Positions 20,120 to 30,584 of a DNA stretch of 64,000 nucleotides are shown one piece after another. Numbering within the stretch: the stretch's first letter is position 1; each line of letters begins with the position of its first letter. This DNA comes from Candidatus Heimdallarchaeum endolithica (GTDB lineage Archaea > Asgardarchaeota > Heimdallarchaeia > Heimdallarchaeales > Heimdallarchaeaceae): positions 2,048,001-2,112,000 of the forward strand of contig CP084167.1 of assembly GCA_021513715.1 (NCBI GenBank). Reading direction: 5' to 3'. Position numbers and translations under genes: made by a program. The notes under the pieces are model-generated. The model had not been told where the DNA came from and searched no databases. It saw only the letters and a list, made by a program, of their open reading frames with translations.

Positions 20120-20740
20120 TTAACTTTTTTTTGTTGAGAAAATCAAATACCCGGTTTTTAGTTTTGATGCTTCTTCCTCGGTTAATATTTCAACAGTTAG
20201 TTTTTCTTCATCATATGGGACAATTAAACTATTTCCTAGTGGATCTTCAATAATAAATGTAAGAGGTAAACTTCTTTCTATATAACTATTTAACTGGTTA
20301 ATATATTGGATAATTTTTTCTCGTTCACCTTTGCTTTGTGCATTCTTAAGTAAAAATAGAACTTTTTCTTTCACATCTTGCAGTACACCTTCTATATTAT
20401 TTATAAAACCAGTTGAACTTGGTCCTGGTTCTATCAAAACACCCAATTCAGGAATTCTCACTGTTCCATTGGCAGAGCGAACTATTTTAGAAGTATAATC
20501 TTTGGCATTTTCTACTCTATAAATATATCTTGTTGCTTCCTTTGATTCAAGGTTTAACATATCGTTATGTTTGTAACCACAATTATTGCATTTAATGTTA
20601 TACAACCAAACCTTTGAAAAATGAGGAATATTTAGAATCTTCTGAGAGACCTCAACATCGTTACTTTTACAAGATGGACATGTAATATCGAATTCTAGAG
20701 CACCAATGTCTTCGATTGTCATTTGCGTGACGACATTCAC
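20120..20740 (-). CDS. ZPR1-related zinc finger protein
   Basis: CPSC...IPHF...CNNCGYK, IPELG, NIEG, IEDPLGNS. Confidence 0.92.
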   Translation of the reverse strand: MNVVTQMTIEDIGALEFDITCPSCKSNDVEVSQKILNIPHFSKVWLYNIKCNNCGYKHNDMLNLESKEATRYIYRVENAKDYTSKIVRSANGTVRIPELGVLIEPGPSSTGFINNIEGVLQDVKEKVLFLLKNAQSKGEREKIIQYINQLNSYIERSLPLTFIIEDPLGNSLIVPYDEEKLTVEILTEEEASKLKTGYLIFSTKKS

Positions 20741-20816
20741 TGATGTTAATATAAAACTTCGGAATCACTAGTTTACTAAACAAAAATTAATTTATAATCA
20801 CAATTTCTTACATACA

Positions 20817-21446
20817 ATGAGTTTAAGCGAAAAACTACCTCTTATTTATCAAAAATTATTAGAATTCTATGGTAAGCAAAACTGGTGGCCAGGAGAAGGA
20901 ATAGAAATAGCTATAGGAGCAGTACTAACTCAACAAACATCATGGAATAATGTTGAAATAGCGTTAAATAACCTCAGAAAAGCAAATTGTTTGTCAATTA
21001 AATGCTTACAATCAATCGAATTAAGTAAACTCGAAGAATTGATTCGTCCATCAGGTTATTATAGATTAAAGGCCATTCGGTTGCGTAATTTGATTAATTT
21101 ACTTGCAGAAAAACCTAAACCTACACGGGAAGAGCTTTTAAGTGTTAAAGGAATTGGATTCGAGACCGCAGATTCTATTTTAAACTATTTATTTGAAAAA
21201 CCCTTTTTCGTAGTCGATGCTTATACTTTCAGAATTTTTAAAAGACTAGGGATTTATAATAAAGAGAAATTTGATTATAACGAATTACAAAAACTAGTAT
21301 CACAAAATATACCTGAAGATGTAGAATTATACAAGGAATTTCACGCATTATTAGTTAAACATGCAAAAGAGACATGTTCAAAAAAAAGTCCCAAATGTAA
21401 TGAATGTCCTCTCAACGACATATGTGAAAAATTAGTGGTTTATTAA
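20817..21446 (+). CDS. Endonuclease III-related HhH-GPD glycosylase
   Basis: GAVLTQQT, LLSVKGIGFETAD, VVDAY, C-x6-C-x2-C-x5-C. Confidence 0.9.
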   Translation: MSLSEKLPLIYQKLLEFYGKQNWWPGEGIEIAIGAVLTQQTSWNNVEIALNNLRKANCLSIKCLQSIELSKLEELIRPSGYYRLKAIRLRNLINLLAEKPKPTREELLSVKGIGFETADSILNYLFEKPFFVVDAYTFRIFKRLGIYNKEKFDYNELQKLVSQNIPEDVELYKEFHALLVKHAKETCSKKSPKCNECPLNDICEKLVVY

Positions 21447-21499
21447 CCAAAAATAGACAATTGAAAGTGTTTAAATAAAAACAAGTAAAGTTAGAAGTA

Positions 21500-22696
21500 A
21501 TGTATCTAACCAAAGAACAAGAAAGAATTTTAGAAGGAGAGGAAGGGGAATCTCTTTCTAAAATGCTACAGTTAATAGTTAAAATTGGAGAAGTAAATGA
21601 TGCAGAGAAGCTTATTTCTGTAAATAGTGCTCAAATTGCAGGAGTTTCTTATTTAACTGTAGGTGATGCAATATTTTCTTTTTTTGACATGATAAATAAA
21701 GACAATTTGAAAGTAAAGATCCCTTCGTGGTTAAATCCAGCAGGAATGGATATGGGCAGATACAAAGAGATGGGAATTGATAGTTTATTTTCTAAAAAGC
21801 AAATACAGATTATTGAAGAGTATAGAAAGCTAGGGATAAAAGATACTTTAACTTGCACACCCTATTTAGTGGGGCACGAACCAAAATTTGGAGAACATGT
21901 TGCATGGAGTGAGAGTTCTGCTGTTTCAATGGCTAATAGTTATTTTGGAGCAAGAACAAATCGTGAAGGAGGGCCCTCATCTTTAGCTTCAGCGTTAACA
22001 GGGCTTACTGCAGAATATGGATTACATTTACCAGAAAATCGTAAACCAGAGGTATTAATAGAAGTAGATGCAGTATTAGAGTCCTTCGCAGATTTTTCAG
22101 TTTTAGGGTTTTGGTTTGGAGAGAATCAAGGAGGAAAAATTCCTTTTTTTAGGGGAATAAAACAACTGTCTATAGAAAAAGCAAAGAGTCTATCTGCAGC
22201 AATGGCTGCATCGGGAAGCGTAGCGATGTATCATGTAGAATACTTCACACCAGAATATAAGAAAATTAAAAAAGAGGATTTAACAGAAACAATTCACTTT
22301 ACTGAAGAAGAAAAAAAGTCAATCTATGAAAGATTTAAAGAGCAAGATAATATTGATTTGATTGCAATAGGTTGTCCCCACGCTTCAAAAAAAGAAATAA
22401 AAATGATCTATAACGTTGTTAAGAGCAAACAGAAAAAATCTGATGTAGATATAATGATTTTTACTTCAAGGAAAGTTCTAACTGATGAAGAGATAGTTTC
22501 AATAGTAAAAAAAATGACTAAAAAGGGTATAAAGGTTTATGCTGATACATGTATGGTTGTCTCTCCTGTGACTAGACAAAATTACAGAAATATTATAACT
22601 AACTCTTCTAAAGCAGTTTTTTATTTAAGTAAAAACAAAGAAACTAATGTTTTCCTTGATACACTTGAAAATATTTTAAGGAGAATTGTAAGATGA
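21500..22696 (+). CDS. Aconitase X large subunit (likely phosphomevalonate dehydratase)
   Basis: TCTPY, WSESSA, GARTNREGGP, IGCPH, DTCMVVSP. Confidence 0.88.
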   Translation: MYLTKEQERILEGEEGESLSKMLQLIVKIGEVNDAEKLISVNSAQIAGVSYLTVGDAIFSFFDMINKDNLKVKIPSWLNPAGMDMGRYKEMGIDSLFSKKQIQIIEEYRKLGIKDTLTCTPYLVGHEPKFGEHVAWSESSAVSMANSYFGARTNREGGPSSLASALTGLTAEYGLHLPENRKPEVLIEVDAVLESFADFSVLGFWFGENQGGKIPFFRGIKQLSIEKAKSLSAAMAASGSVAMYHVEYFTPEYKKIKKEDLTETIHFTEEEKKSIYERFKEQDNIDLIAIGCPHASKKEIKMIYNVVKSKQKKSDVDIMIFTSRKVLTDEEIVSIVKKMTKKGIKVYADTCMVVSPVTRQNYRNIITNSSKAVFYLSKNKETNVFLDTLENILRRIVR

Positions 22697-23109
22697 AAGA
22701 AGTAGAAGTAAAAGTAATTGTAACAGGTAGTGTTAAAGGAGAAGCAATTGTTTCCAAAAAATCTATTTCTTTTCTTGGAGGAGTAGATGGAAAAAAAGGT
22801 ATAATTGCAGACATACAAAGCGAACTACACGGAAAATCAATTAAAGATAAGATATTTGTCTTTCCTGAAAGTGTGGGTTCCACAGTAGGATCTTATGTAA
22901 TATACAGTTTAAAGGTAAATAACGTTAGTCCTCTAGCTTTAGTAACAAATCAAGCTGAAACAATTGTTATTGCAGGAGCAATTTTAGCAGAAATACCTTT
23001 CTTTGAAGTAGCAAATAGAGACGTCACAAAAATAGTGTCCACAGGAGATATAATATCAATTAACCCTGAAAGAAGAACATTAACGATAGAAAAAAAAAGT
23101 AGTAGTTAA
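22693..23109 (+). CDS. Aconitase X small (swivel, DUF126) subunit
   Basis: ISFLGGVD, GSTVGSY; overlaps large subunit stop. Confidence 0.88.
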   Translation: MKEVEVKVIVTGSVKGEAIVSKKSISFLGGVDGKKGIIADIQSELHGKSIKDKIFVFPESVGSTVGSYVIYSLKVNNVSPLALVTNQAETIVIAGAILAEIPFFEVANRDVTKIVSTGDIISINPERRTLTIEKKSSS

Positions 23110-23119
23110 AATAAAAAGT

Positions 23120-24859
23120 TTAATCTTTCTTTTTTGAACTATTTTGAAGTTGAGATAGACGTTTCTGAAACTCTTCTTGAAGAAGTGATTCTTGTTCTTC
23201 AAGCGCTTTCTTTTTCTCTTCTTCCATCTGAGCACGAAGTTCTGCTAAAGCTCGGTTTTTTTCTTCTTCAGCTTCCAACTTGAGCTCTTCTATCTCCTTT
23301 TTATGTTGGCTGTTTAATTCATTCATAAGTTCTTCTATTTCTTGTTTATGTTTTTCACTAACTTCAGCTTTAGTTTGTTCGATAATAGTAGACTTTTCTT
23401 CCTCAAACTTCTGACGTAACTCATTTTCGAGATTGGTTAACTCTTCTTGATGACGGGTAGACAACTCTTGCTTCTCTTTTGCAAATTCTTCCTGTAGTTC
23501 AAGTTTTACTTTCTCTACTGCAGCATCAATTTTCTCTTGAAGCACTCTATCACGCTCTTCCTTTATCTTTTGTACAAAATCAGGCGAGGTTATATCATCA
23601 AAGAAATTAAAGGCTTTAGAGATACTCAATATGCTAGATTCAACACTTTTAAACTCCTCTTTACTTATATCTTCTTCTGCAGCACGTATGATATCACGAA
23701 TCAAAGAAATAGTTTTTTCAACCACTTCGTCTGGAAGAATTAAAGAGTTCTTTAATGATTCTTTATAATTATTGCATCGTGCTTCAAAATCAGCTAATTG
23801 TCCTCCCAGCTCTTTTGACAAACTAACTTCACGAAAGATAAGATCATAAGGCCCAATCATCATTGTTTGTTTGGTTTGAAGTTGGTCATAGAAGGTTACC
23901 TTACCACTAACCTCATGAGTAACTTCTCCAGTAGCTGACATACAACGAAAAGTAAGAGAATGCTCATGCTTTTGTCCAGAAGTTAATTCAGGAACAGTGA
24001 ATTGTTTCTGGCCATCTAAAATTTCAACGTCATCAGGAATATAAAGTTGAAAATCAATATTAAAAGCGTCACCTTCACCTTCATTCTCCAAGATAACTTT
24101 TAGAGTACTGGGCTCATTTAGAACTAAATCGCGAGAAAAATTAAGTTCAGGAATGATTTTAGGAAGCTTAATCTTAGAGCGGAAAATGCGAACAACATCA
24201 TCAAGAGAACGATCAATGGCATCAACAAAAGAAGCATCCATCATCTGAGAAAGATGGGGTTTTAAATGACTCCCAACAAGTTGTTGAGCACTAAGAAGAG
24301 CCTTTGCATCCAAATCTTTAACCGCCTTAATGGCATAACCTGCGGCATAAAGAACCTGTTGAGCAACAGTAAAGCCAGGATCATTCTGAATTTGAGAGAT
24401 ATATTGATTGTAATATTGTTCAGCAAGGCTAAAATCCTCTAAAGAAAATAGAAGAAAACAAGAAGCAGAAACCAAAGTAATAGCACGTTCATACTCATTC
24501 CATAATTGCAAATAATCTTGAGCTGCAGATAAAAGATCATCAATAACAGCACGCATAGCAGCAGACCAATTTTCTTTATCATTCAATTTTTTATAAATAA
24601 GAGCAATTTGGTAGAGGTTTTGAGCACTAGTACGGTATTGCTTTTTTTCTTTATAATCCTCAGAAGCACGTAAAAAGTTCTGAATAGCTTCATTATATAA
24701 ATCACGAGCTTGCTCTAAGCCTAAGGTCTCATGTTGAACTTCAGCAGCTTTAAGATACTTATTAGCTGCCTGTGAATAATTGGCAGATTTAAAAAGATCA
24801 CGAGCTTCAGACATTAAACGAGCGAGATCACCATCATAACTTGTTCTTTCACCAGACAT
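23120..24859 (-). CDS. Hypothetical TPR-like / Ig-like / coiled-coil protein
   Basis: Helical repeat N-terminus, LKVILENEGEGDA Ig-like segment, long E/K-rich C-terminal coil. Confidence 0.75.
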   Translation of the reverse strand: MSGERTSYDGDLARLMSEARDLFKSANYSQAANKYLKAAEVQHETLGLEQARDLYNEAIQNFLRASEDYKEKKQYRTSAQNLYQIALIYKKLNDKENWSAAMRAVIDDLLSAAQDYLQLWNEYERAITLVSASCFLLFSLEDFSLAEQYYNQYISQIQNDPGFTVAQQVLYAAGYAIKAVKDLDAKALLSAQQLVGSHLKPHLSQMMDASFVDAIDRSLDDVVRIFRSKIKLPKIIPELNFSRDLVLNEPSTLKVILENEGEGDAFNIDFQLYIPDDVEILDGQKQFTVPELTSGQKHEHSLTFRCMSATGEVTHEVSGKVTFYDQLQTKQTMMIGPYDLIFREVSLSKELGGQLADFEARCNNYKESLKNSLILPDEVVEKTISLIRDIIRAAEEDISKEEFKSVESSILSISKAFNFFDDITSPDFVQKIKEERDRVLQEKIDAAVEKVKLELQEEFAKEKQELSTRHQEELTNLENELRQKFEEEKSTIIEQTKAEVSEKHKQEIEELMNELNSQHKKEIEELKLEAEEEKNRALAELRAQMEEEKKKALEEQESLLQEEFQKRLSQLQNSSKKKD

Positions 24860-25010
24860 AATTTCTACCTTCTATTATATATTAATCCCATAAGTATAAA
24901 AAAGGAACTAATATAAAAAAAACTTTGTGGTTAAAAGAAAATCCAATAATGGAAAATGAAGTAAAAAAAGAAAGCAAGCCAAGACCAATAACTAATTATT
25001 AAAAAATGGG

Positions 25011-25121
25011 TGGTGGACTGGGGGGGATTTTCAGATTAGGTGCCCACAGCGCCTAAGACATCAATTGAACCCCCGGCCTTTTCCATGCCAAGGAAACGTT
25101 CTTCCTCTGAACTACCAGCCC
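25011..25121 (-). tRNA. tRNA-Ala(GGC) with 36-nt non-canonical T-loop intron (25028-25063)
   Basis: GGGCTGG/CCAGTCC with G3.U70; TTTCC-TT GGC AT-GGAAA; BHB formed by TTCA/TGAA helix with ATT and AAT bulges. Confidence 0.92.
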
Positions 25122-25199
25122 ACAATTTTTTTCACAATTTATGGCAATTGTGATTTTCTTCTTTTATAAATTTTTTTTGGGTTAGTAAAATCTAACCTT

Positions 25200-25364
25200 T
25201 TAGTGTTTATGCCATGCATATTTTCTTATTTTTGCTGTTTTTCCATATCCACATGATGCACAAACTTTTTTTGTTCGGTGATATGATCTTTTTCCACATC
25301 TTCTGCAGATCATGTGTGTTGCTGCTTTATTGTGTCTTCCGAATGATGGTGTTCCTTTAGTCAT
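25200..25364 (-). CDS. rpl37e: 50S ribosomal protein L37e
   Basis: Manual translation [41 protein letters not shown]; below the ORF-track cutoff. Confidence 0.96.
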   Translation of the reverse strand: MTKGTPSFGRHNKAATHMICRRCGKRSYHRTKKVCASCGYGKTAKIRKYAWHKH

Positions 25365-25388
25365 TTTTATCCCTTTCTTTTTTTATTC

Positions 25389-25616
25389 TTATATCACTGG
25401 AGAGACCATTATCACATTGTCTCCTCTTAGTATTATGTCTCCTAGAGGTATAAGTCCTTCCTCTCCTATTTCTTCTGCATTTTCTAGTATCAAGTTGAGG
25501 TGCACATCGTAAGCTTTTAGTGTTCCTCTCATTCGTCTATTTCCTCTTAGCCTTATCAACACTGTCTTTTCTCTTGCGTTATTCAATAGGTCCATTGGTT
25601 TTTGTGTCTTACTCAT
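25389..25616 (-). CDS. Sm-like (Lsm/SmAP) protein
   Basis: GTLKAYDVHLNLIL and ILRGDNV Sm motifs; conserved adjacency to rpl37e. Confidence 0.93.
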   Translation of the reverse strand: MSKTQKPMDLLNNAREKTVLIRLRGNRRMRGTLKAYDVHLNLILENAEEIGEEGLIPLGDIILRGDNVIMVSPVI

Positions 25617-25853
25617 TGTCATTACTCCAATTCTCTCGTTCCTCAAGTTTATACTGTTAATATAAATATTTCTTTTTTCGATTATTATTTAAAAAAAGAG
25701 TCTTTGTTTTTTTCACCTTTTTCAACGTATTAAGCTCTAACTCTAAACTTCCTTTACATTTACTCAGTAATTAACTAATTAGAAAAAAAATCAAAGCAAT
25801 AAAAAGAGAGAAAAAGAGAAAAGGAGAATAGCAAATAAATTAAGGATCAGAGC

Positions 25854-27101
25854 TTATATACCCCATTTTTCTAAAGCTTTGGCTAATTCCTCGTGTTCTT
25901 TTGCATACTCCTCCAATGAAATATCTTTCAATGTCGCATCTAATGCCTGTCTCATTGCTGTTGCACCTTTTCTTGTTCCATCAGGATGACCGTGTATACC
26001 TCCACCTGCTTGAATAATAATATTATTTCCACCATATTTTACTAGGTTAGGTATCTTTCCTGGGTGTAATCCCCCAGAAGCTACAGGAAACGTAGTTTTA
26101 AATTCGTACATGGGTTGTGTAAGACTATCTTTTATTTGTAATTCTAATTCTCTGTCAGTGTCCATCTTACCTTGACCAAACGAACCAATATGCAATTGGT
26201 CTCCACCAGACATACGAACTATTTTAGCGACAGGTAACATAGAAATTCCATGAAGTGGATTTCGAGTGAAAGCAGCATGCATTGTTCTATGAACATGTAT
26301 AGGGACATTAACTGCCGGGTCTTCAGCCATTTGAGCAAGTTCTTGAAAACCAGTTAATATTACATCAATCATCAAACACTTTGCTCCGTTATCTAAGGCA
26401 GTTTCTATCCTTTTCCACATAACATCATGCTTAGCAGTAACATTTACAGCATGCAAAACAGTGCGACCAGTTTCTTCTTTAACCTGGTCTAATTTTTCAA
26501 GTACTTTTACAACTCGATCTTCTAACCTGCAGAAGGACTGATTAGACAAATTTTCATCATCTTTGATGAAGTCAACACCCCCTATAGCTGCTTCATAGGC
26601 TACATCTGCCCACTCTTGAGCGGTTAAACCCATTTTGGGTTTGACAATTGTTCCAATATGTGGTCGATTAGGAAATTCTCCTTTATCTGTCCCTATTATC
26701 TTTCTTACACCTTCTATACCAAATTTAGGACCAGGGTAAGTTTCAGCAATGACTCTAGGAAACTCAACATCTAACCAGCGTATGTTTCTTAAAGCACCAA
26801 GACCAAAAAGATTTCCTGCAAGCATGGAGAGAATACTGGTAATACCAGCCTCTAAATCAAAGGTCTCTATTTTAAAACCAATTAATACTTCACCAGTTTG
26901 ATAACCATCCTTCTCAGAAAAAACTTTGGTATCCAAAACTTCAGCTCTAAGTTTAGCAACGTGAGGCTTACCCTCTGTAGTACGCAAGTCTGTCCAAGTG
27001 CCAACACTTTCTTCATCACAGATTTCTTCTGCGGCTTTTTCTACGCTTTTATGCTCAACGTAATAGCGAGCAACTACTAAATCTTTATATGCGTCATTCA
27101 T
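25854..27101 (-). CDS. rbcL: RuBisCO large subunit, form III-type
   Basis: GTIVKPK, DFIKDDE, HVHR, DQLHIG...GKM, SGGLH, GGG all present. Confidence 0.85.
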   Translation of the reverse strand: MNDAYKDLVVARYYVEHKSVEKAAEEICDEESVGTWTDLRTTEGKPHVAKLRAEVLDTKVFSEKDGYQTGEVLIGFKIETFDLEAGITSILSMLAGNLFGLGALRNIRWLDVEFPRVIAETYPGPKFGIEGVRKIIGTDKGEFPNRPHIGTIVKPKMGLTAQEWADVAYEAAIGGVDFIKDDENLSNQSFCRLEDRVVKVLEKLDQVKEETGRTVLHAVNVTAKHDVMWKRIETALDNGAKCLMIDVILTGFQELAQMAEDPAVNVPIHVHRTMHAAFTRNPLHGISMLPVAKIVRMSGGDQLHIGSFGQGKMDTDRELELQIKDSLTQPMYEFKTTFPVASGGLHPGKIPNLVKYGGNNIIIQAGGGIHGHPDGTRKGATAMRQALDATLKDISLEEYAKEHEELAKALEKWGI

Positions 27102-27284
27102 AAAATAAAAATGGCAAATGAACTTTTAAATGGTCTGTTTTGTTCAAATTTACTAGTCATGAAAAATGAAAATTAAAAGAAATCTTTACTAGTTATTAAA
27201 AAAATTGTAAATATGTTAGAGAAAAAATCAAGCAAAAAGTCAATAGAAAAATAAAGAAAAAAGAAAAAAGCTGGTTCATAAAAT

Positions 27285-28223
27285 TCATTCATTTAAGAGC
27301 ATAAAGGGATAATTCTCTTTAATAATCATGTAAACCAAGGAAGGAGCAAAAATACCAGCTTCAGTGATTACACCATCAATAAGATCACGAGAAACAGTCT
27401 CAAAAGCAGGATTAAGAATTTTCAAACCTTTAGGAGGATCTTCCCAAACTTCAGAAGGAGGGCGAAATTCAATCGCAGATAACTTGCCAATAGTAGTGGA
27501 AGCATCATACTTCAACAAGTTGATAGCGGTATAAAAAGGAACATCCATTTCCCTAGCAGCCAAAGCTAAAAGACGAGTACCAATCTTATTAATAACAGTA
27601 CCTTGGCTAGTAATAGCATCAGCACCAGTAATAACAATGTCAACATTATGTCGATTGATTACATAACGCATAGCACTATCAACAACCATTGTAGTAGGAA
27701 TCTCAGCATCAACCATCTCCTTAGCAGTAATACGACCCTGCCACTTAGGACGAGTCTCAGTAAGAAAAACCTCAATGTTTTTACCCTGACGGTGAGCCTC
27801 AATAATTATACCAGTAGACAAGGAAGAATGACAATGAGTCATAATAACACTATTATCACGAATACGGTGAGCTCCATAAGAGATAACTTTCCTTTTAGAA
27901 TCCTTCAACATCTCAACGTATTTCTGGGAAAGAGAAGAAACAAGTTCCTTAGCCTCAGAAACAGAACTAGCTTGATGTTCTAACTCGTAAAGAATAAAGT
28001 GTAAACCATTACGTAAAGCAGGTTCAGTTGCTCTAGCAGTAGATAAAATAATACTAGCTTTCTTAAGATGTTCAAAATAATCAGGGAGAGAAGAAAAATC
28101 TATTCGCTCAGCTAAAGAAGAAAAAGCCTTAACGCCCTCAATAGCAATATTGGTCGCTCCTTGAATACGAAGAGCTCGGATATCATCAACTATTTTCTGA
28201 AATTTATCATCCAGTTCAATCAC
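27285..28223 (-). CDS. Ribose-1,5-bisphosphate isomerase (eIF-2B-like)
   Basis: IQGATNIA, RATEP, MTHCHS, ETRPKWQG, GADAIT, NKIGT; next to RuBisCO. Confidence 0.88.
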   Translation of the reverse strand: MIELDDKFQKIVDDIRALRIQGATNIAIEGVKAFSSLAERIDFSSLPDYFEHLKKASIILSTARATEPALRNGLHFILYELEHQASSVSEAKELVSSLSQKYVEMLKDSKRKVISYGAHRIRDNSVIMTHCHSSLSTGIIIEAHRQGKNIEVFLTETRPKWQGRITAKEMVDAEIPTTMVVDSAMRYVINRHNVDIVITGADAITSQGTVINKIGTRLLALAAREMDVPFYTAINLLKYDASTTIGKLSAIEFRPPSEVWEDPPKGLKILNPAFETVSRDLIDGVITEAGIFAPSLVYMIIKENYPFMLLNE

Positions 28224-28386
28224 CTATATTAGACAATAAATAAATTAGAGAAAACAATTTATAGATTTATCGTTAAAGCAAAGAAAGAGAAAAAGTGTAA
28301 AAACAGAAAATAAGAATAGAATAAAAAAATTTTCCAATATCCTTTTCCTTTAACTAAAGAAAAACGATAAACTATATCAAAAGAAC

Positions 28387-28513
28387 TGGTGGGCCACGCA
28401 GGATTTGAACCTGCGACCGTCCGGTGGCTCTTTTGCGTTTTTTACGAGTTAGACGTTCTCTAGAACGCAAATTATGAGCCGGATGCTCTAGGACCAAGCT
28501 GAGCTAGTGGCCC
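28387..28513 (-). tRNA. tRNA with CAT anticodon, probably Ile2; 47-nt intron at 37/38 (28426-28472)
   Basis: GGGCCAC/GTGGCCC acceptor typical of archaeal Ile tRNAs; TCCGG-CT CAT A[intron]A-CCGGA. Confidence 0.85.
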
Positions 28514-28604
28514 TGTCTTGACTTTTTTTCGTTTTACTCTTTCTCTTTCTTTCTTAAATTTTTCTTTTTGGGTCTCTTTTTCTCCTTTCTTAGATTTACA
28601 TTCT

Positions 28605-29651
28605 TTAAAAGAACTCCTCTATGTGTATTTTTTCATTTGCTATTTTTAATGGTCTGGCATCCACATTTATTTTTTTTCTTAGATAAGCTGCCAATTCACT
28701 TTCAAATCCATATAATGTATATATTTTATTTGGTTTTATTTTTTTAGCGTATTCTTCTATTTCTTTTGCATTTGCGTGCATCGAGAACGGAAAAGCTTTT
28801 TCGAAACTTGTATAATTAAATCTTGCTGCCTGTCCTGTTACTATTGCTCTTTTCACTTTTATTTTTTCTTTTATTATTTTTTCTGGTATTTTTTTTTCTC
28901 CCCTTGATAACAGTATCAGGCTATTTTTTGGGTCTATTTTTTCTTCTATTTCTTCTATTTTTTTGTATTTTAGTTTTACTCCATTTTTTTTGTACACTTC
29001 ATTTATTCTACTTGTTTTTTTGTTGCAATAGATATTTATTTCTAGCATTTCATTTAGGTAAGCTATTATTTCTTGTGCTGGCCCCATATTTCCCACATTT
29101 ATTACTGCCAAGTTATTTTCTTTTATTTTTTCTACTATCCAGTTGAATATTTTCATTTTTACTTTTTCTCTTGGTTCGAAGTATAGGTCTGGTTTTCCGT
29201 ATGTTGCTTCTGTTATCAGTATGTCTATTTTTTCTTCTGGTTCTTTTGCTTCTTTTACTGTTTTCATTTTTCCAAAGCTTATATCTCCAGTATACAGTAT
29301 GTTCTTTTTTTCTGTTTTAAACAGAATTTGTGCTGCTCCTAGCAAGTGTCCTGCTGGTAGTGCTTCTATATTCATTTCTTTAATTTTTATTTCTTTATTA
29401 TATTCCATGAAAAATGTATTTTTGCTTTTTTTTCCTGTTAATGTCGAAAACAATTCACTTGCTATTTTTGTTGCATATACTTTTATTCCTTCATTTGGGA
29501 AGGCTATTGCGTGATCTGTATGTGCATGTGTTATTATTGCTGCTGTATTCTTTTTTGCTGTTGCTATTGTTGTTGGATCAGCTATTAGGCTTGTTTTTCT
29601 TTCTGTATCTATTACTCTAATTCCATTTTCATATTTCACAAGACTTGGCAT
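28605..29651 (-). CDS. Metallo-beta-lactamase / beta-CASP-like nuclease
   Basis: THAHTDH, AGHLLG, YTGD, EATYG, SMHA. Confidence 0.88.
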   Translation of the reverse strand: MPSLVKYENGIRVIDTERKTSLIADPTTIATAKKNTAAIITHAHTDHAIAFPNEGIKVYATKIASELFSTLTGKKSKNTFFMEYNKEIKIKEMNIEALPAGHLLGAAQILFKTEKKNILYTGDISFGKMKTVKEAKEPEEKIDILITEATYGKPDLYFEPREKVKMKIFNWIVEKIKENNLAVINVGNMGPAQEIIAYLNEMLEINIYCNKKTSRINEVYKKNGVKLKYKKIEEIEEKIDPKNSLILLSRGEKKIPEKIIKEKIKVKRAIVTGQAARFNYTSFEKAFPFSMHANAKEIEEYAKKIKPNKIYTLYGFESELAAYLRKKINVDARPLKIANEKIHIEEFF

Positions 29652-29771
29652 GTTTGTATTCCTAATTACTCTTTTTTTTCCCCATTAAAAAGTTGTTTTT
29701 TCACTTATTTTTCCTTTCTCTTTTCTTTCTCATTCAGAAAAATTAATTACAATTACTGTGTATGCCAAATT

Positions 29772-30479
29772 ATGCCTAATGTTTACACTATCCTTGTTGC
29801 TGATTCTTCTTTGGAAACTTTTCCTTCTGAGCTTTTATCCAATTTACCCGTCCGTAACTTTTTTCGCAAGATAAAGAAAAAACCTAGTGATATTATTCTT
29901 GATTCCAATTATCATTCTCGTTTTATGTCTAATTTACCTAATTTATCCAAGCGTGGTCGTCCTGATATCCCACATTTAGCTCTTCTTGCTTGTTTTGGTT
30001 CTCTTCTTTCCCAAGACAGTCGTCTTCGTGTTTTCATTCACACAATTAATGATTTAATTATAGAATTCCATCCTTCTATTCGTCTTCCTAAAAATTTAGA
30101 TCGTTTTAAGGGGCTTATGATTCAACTTTTCAAGGAAGGCCGTGTTCCTCCTCTTTCTGATGAGCCTTTACTCACTCTTCGTCCTCAATCTTTAACTCAA
30201 TTCTTAATTTCTGCTCGTGAAAAACATGATCTTATTGTTGAATTTTCTCAAAAGGGAGATGTCTTACCTTCTCGTGAATATGCTTATCTTCTTTCTTCTC
30301 GTTGTTCTAATCCTCTGCTCATTTTTGGTGGCTTTTCCCATGGACACCTTAATATTGACTCTAAATTTGTTGATTATCGATTATCAATTTATCCTCATGG
30401 ATTAGAACTTTTTTCTGTTATTTCTCACGTTTTAGCTACACTTTACAACTTTGAAGAAGAACAAAATGTCAACCTATGA
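29772..30479 (+). CDS. nep1: rRNA pseudouridine N1-methyltransferase Nep1/Emg1
   Basis: ILDSNYH, RGRPDI.H, RLPKN..RF.GL, GGFSHG. Confidence 0.92.
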   Translation: MPNVYTILVADSSLETFPSELLSNLPVRNFFRKIKKKPSDIILDSNYHSRFMSNLPNLSKRGRPDIPHLALLACFGSLLSQDSRLRVFIHTINDLIIEFHPSIRLPKNLDRFKGLMIQLFKEGRVPPLSDEPLLTLRPQSLTQFLISAREKHDLIVEFSQKGDVLPSREYAYLLSSRCSNPLLIFGGFSHGHLNIDSKFVDYRLSIYPHGLELFSVISHVLATLYNFEEEQNVNL

Positions 30480-30584
30480 AAAAAAATTATTTCAAAAAAT
30501 AGTAGATAGGGAAAAAGAAAAAAGGAAAAAGAGAGACAAATTTCTTTTTTTTTGTAATTTATTAACTAATTATTGTCATCTTAG

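Noticed and set aside
25854-27101. RuBisCO-like protein (form IV)
   Set aside because: Catalytic residues are retained and R15P isomerase is adjacent.
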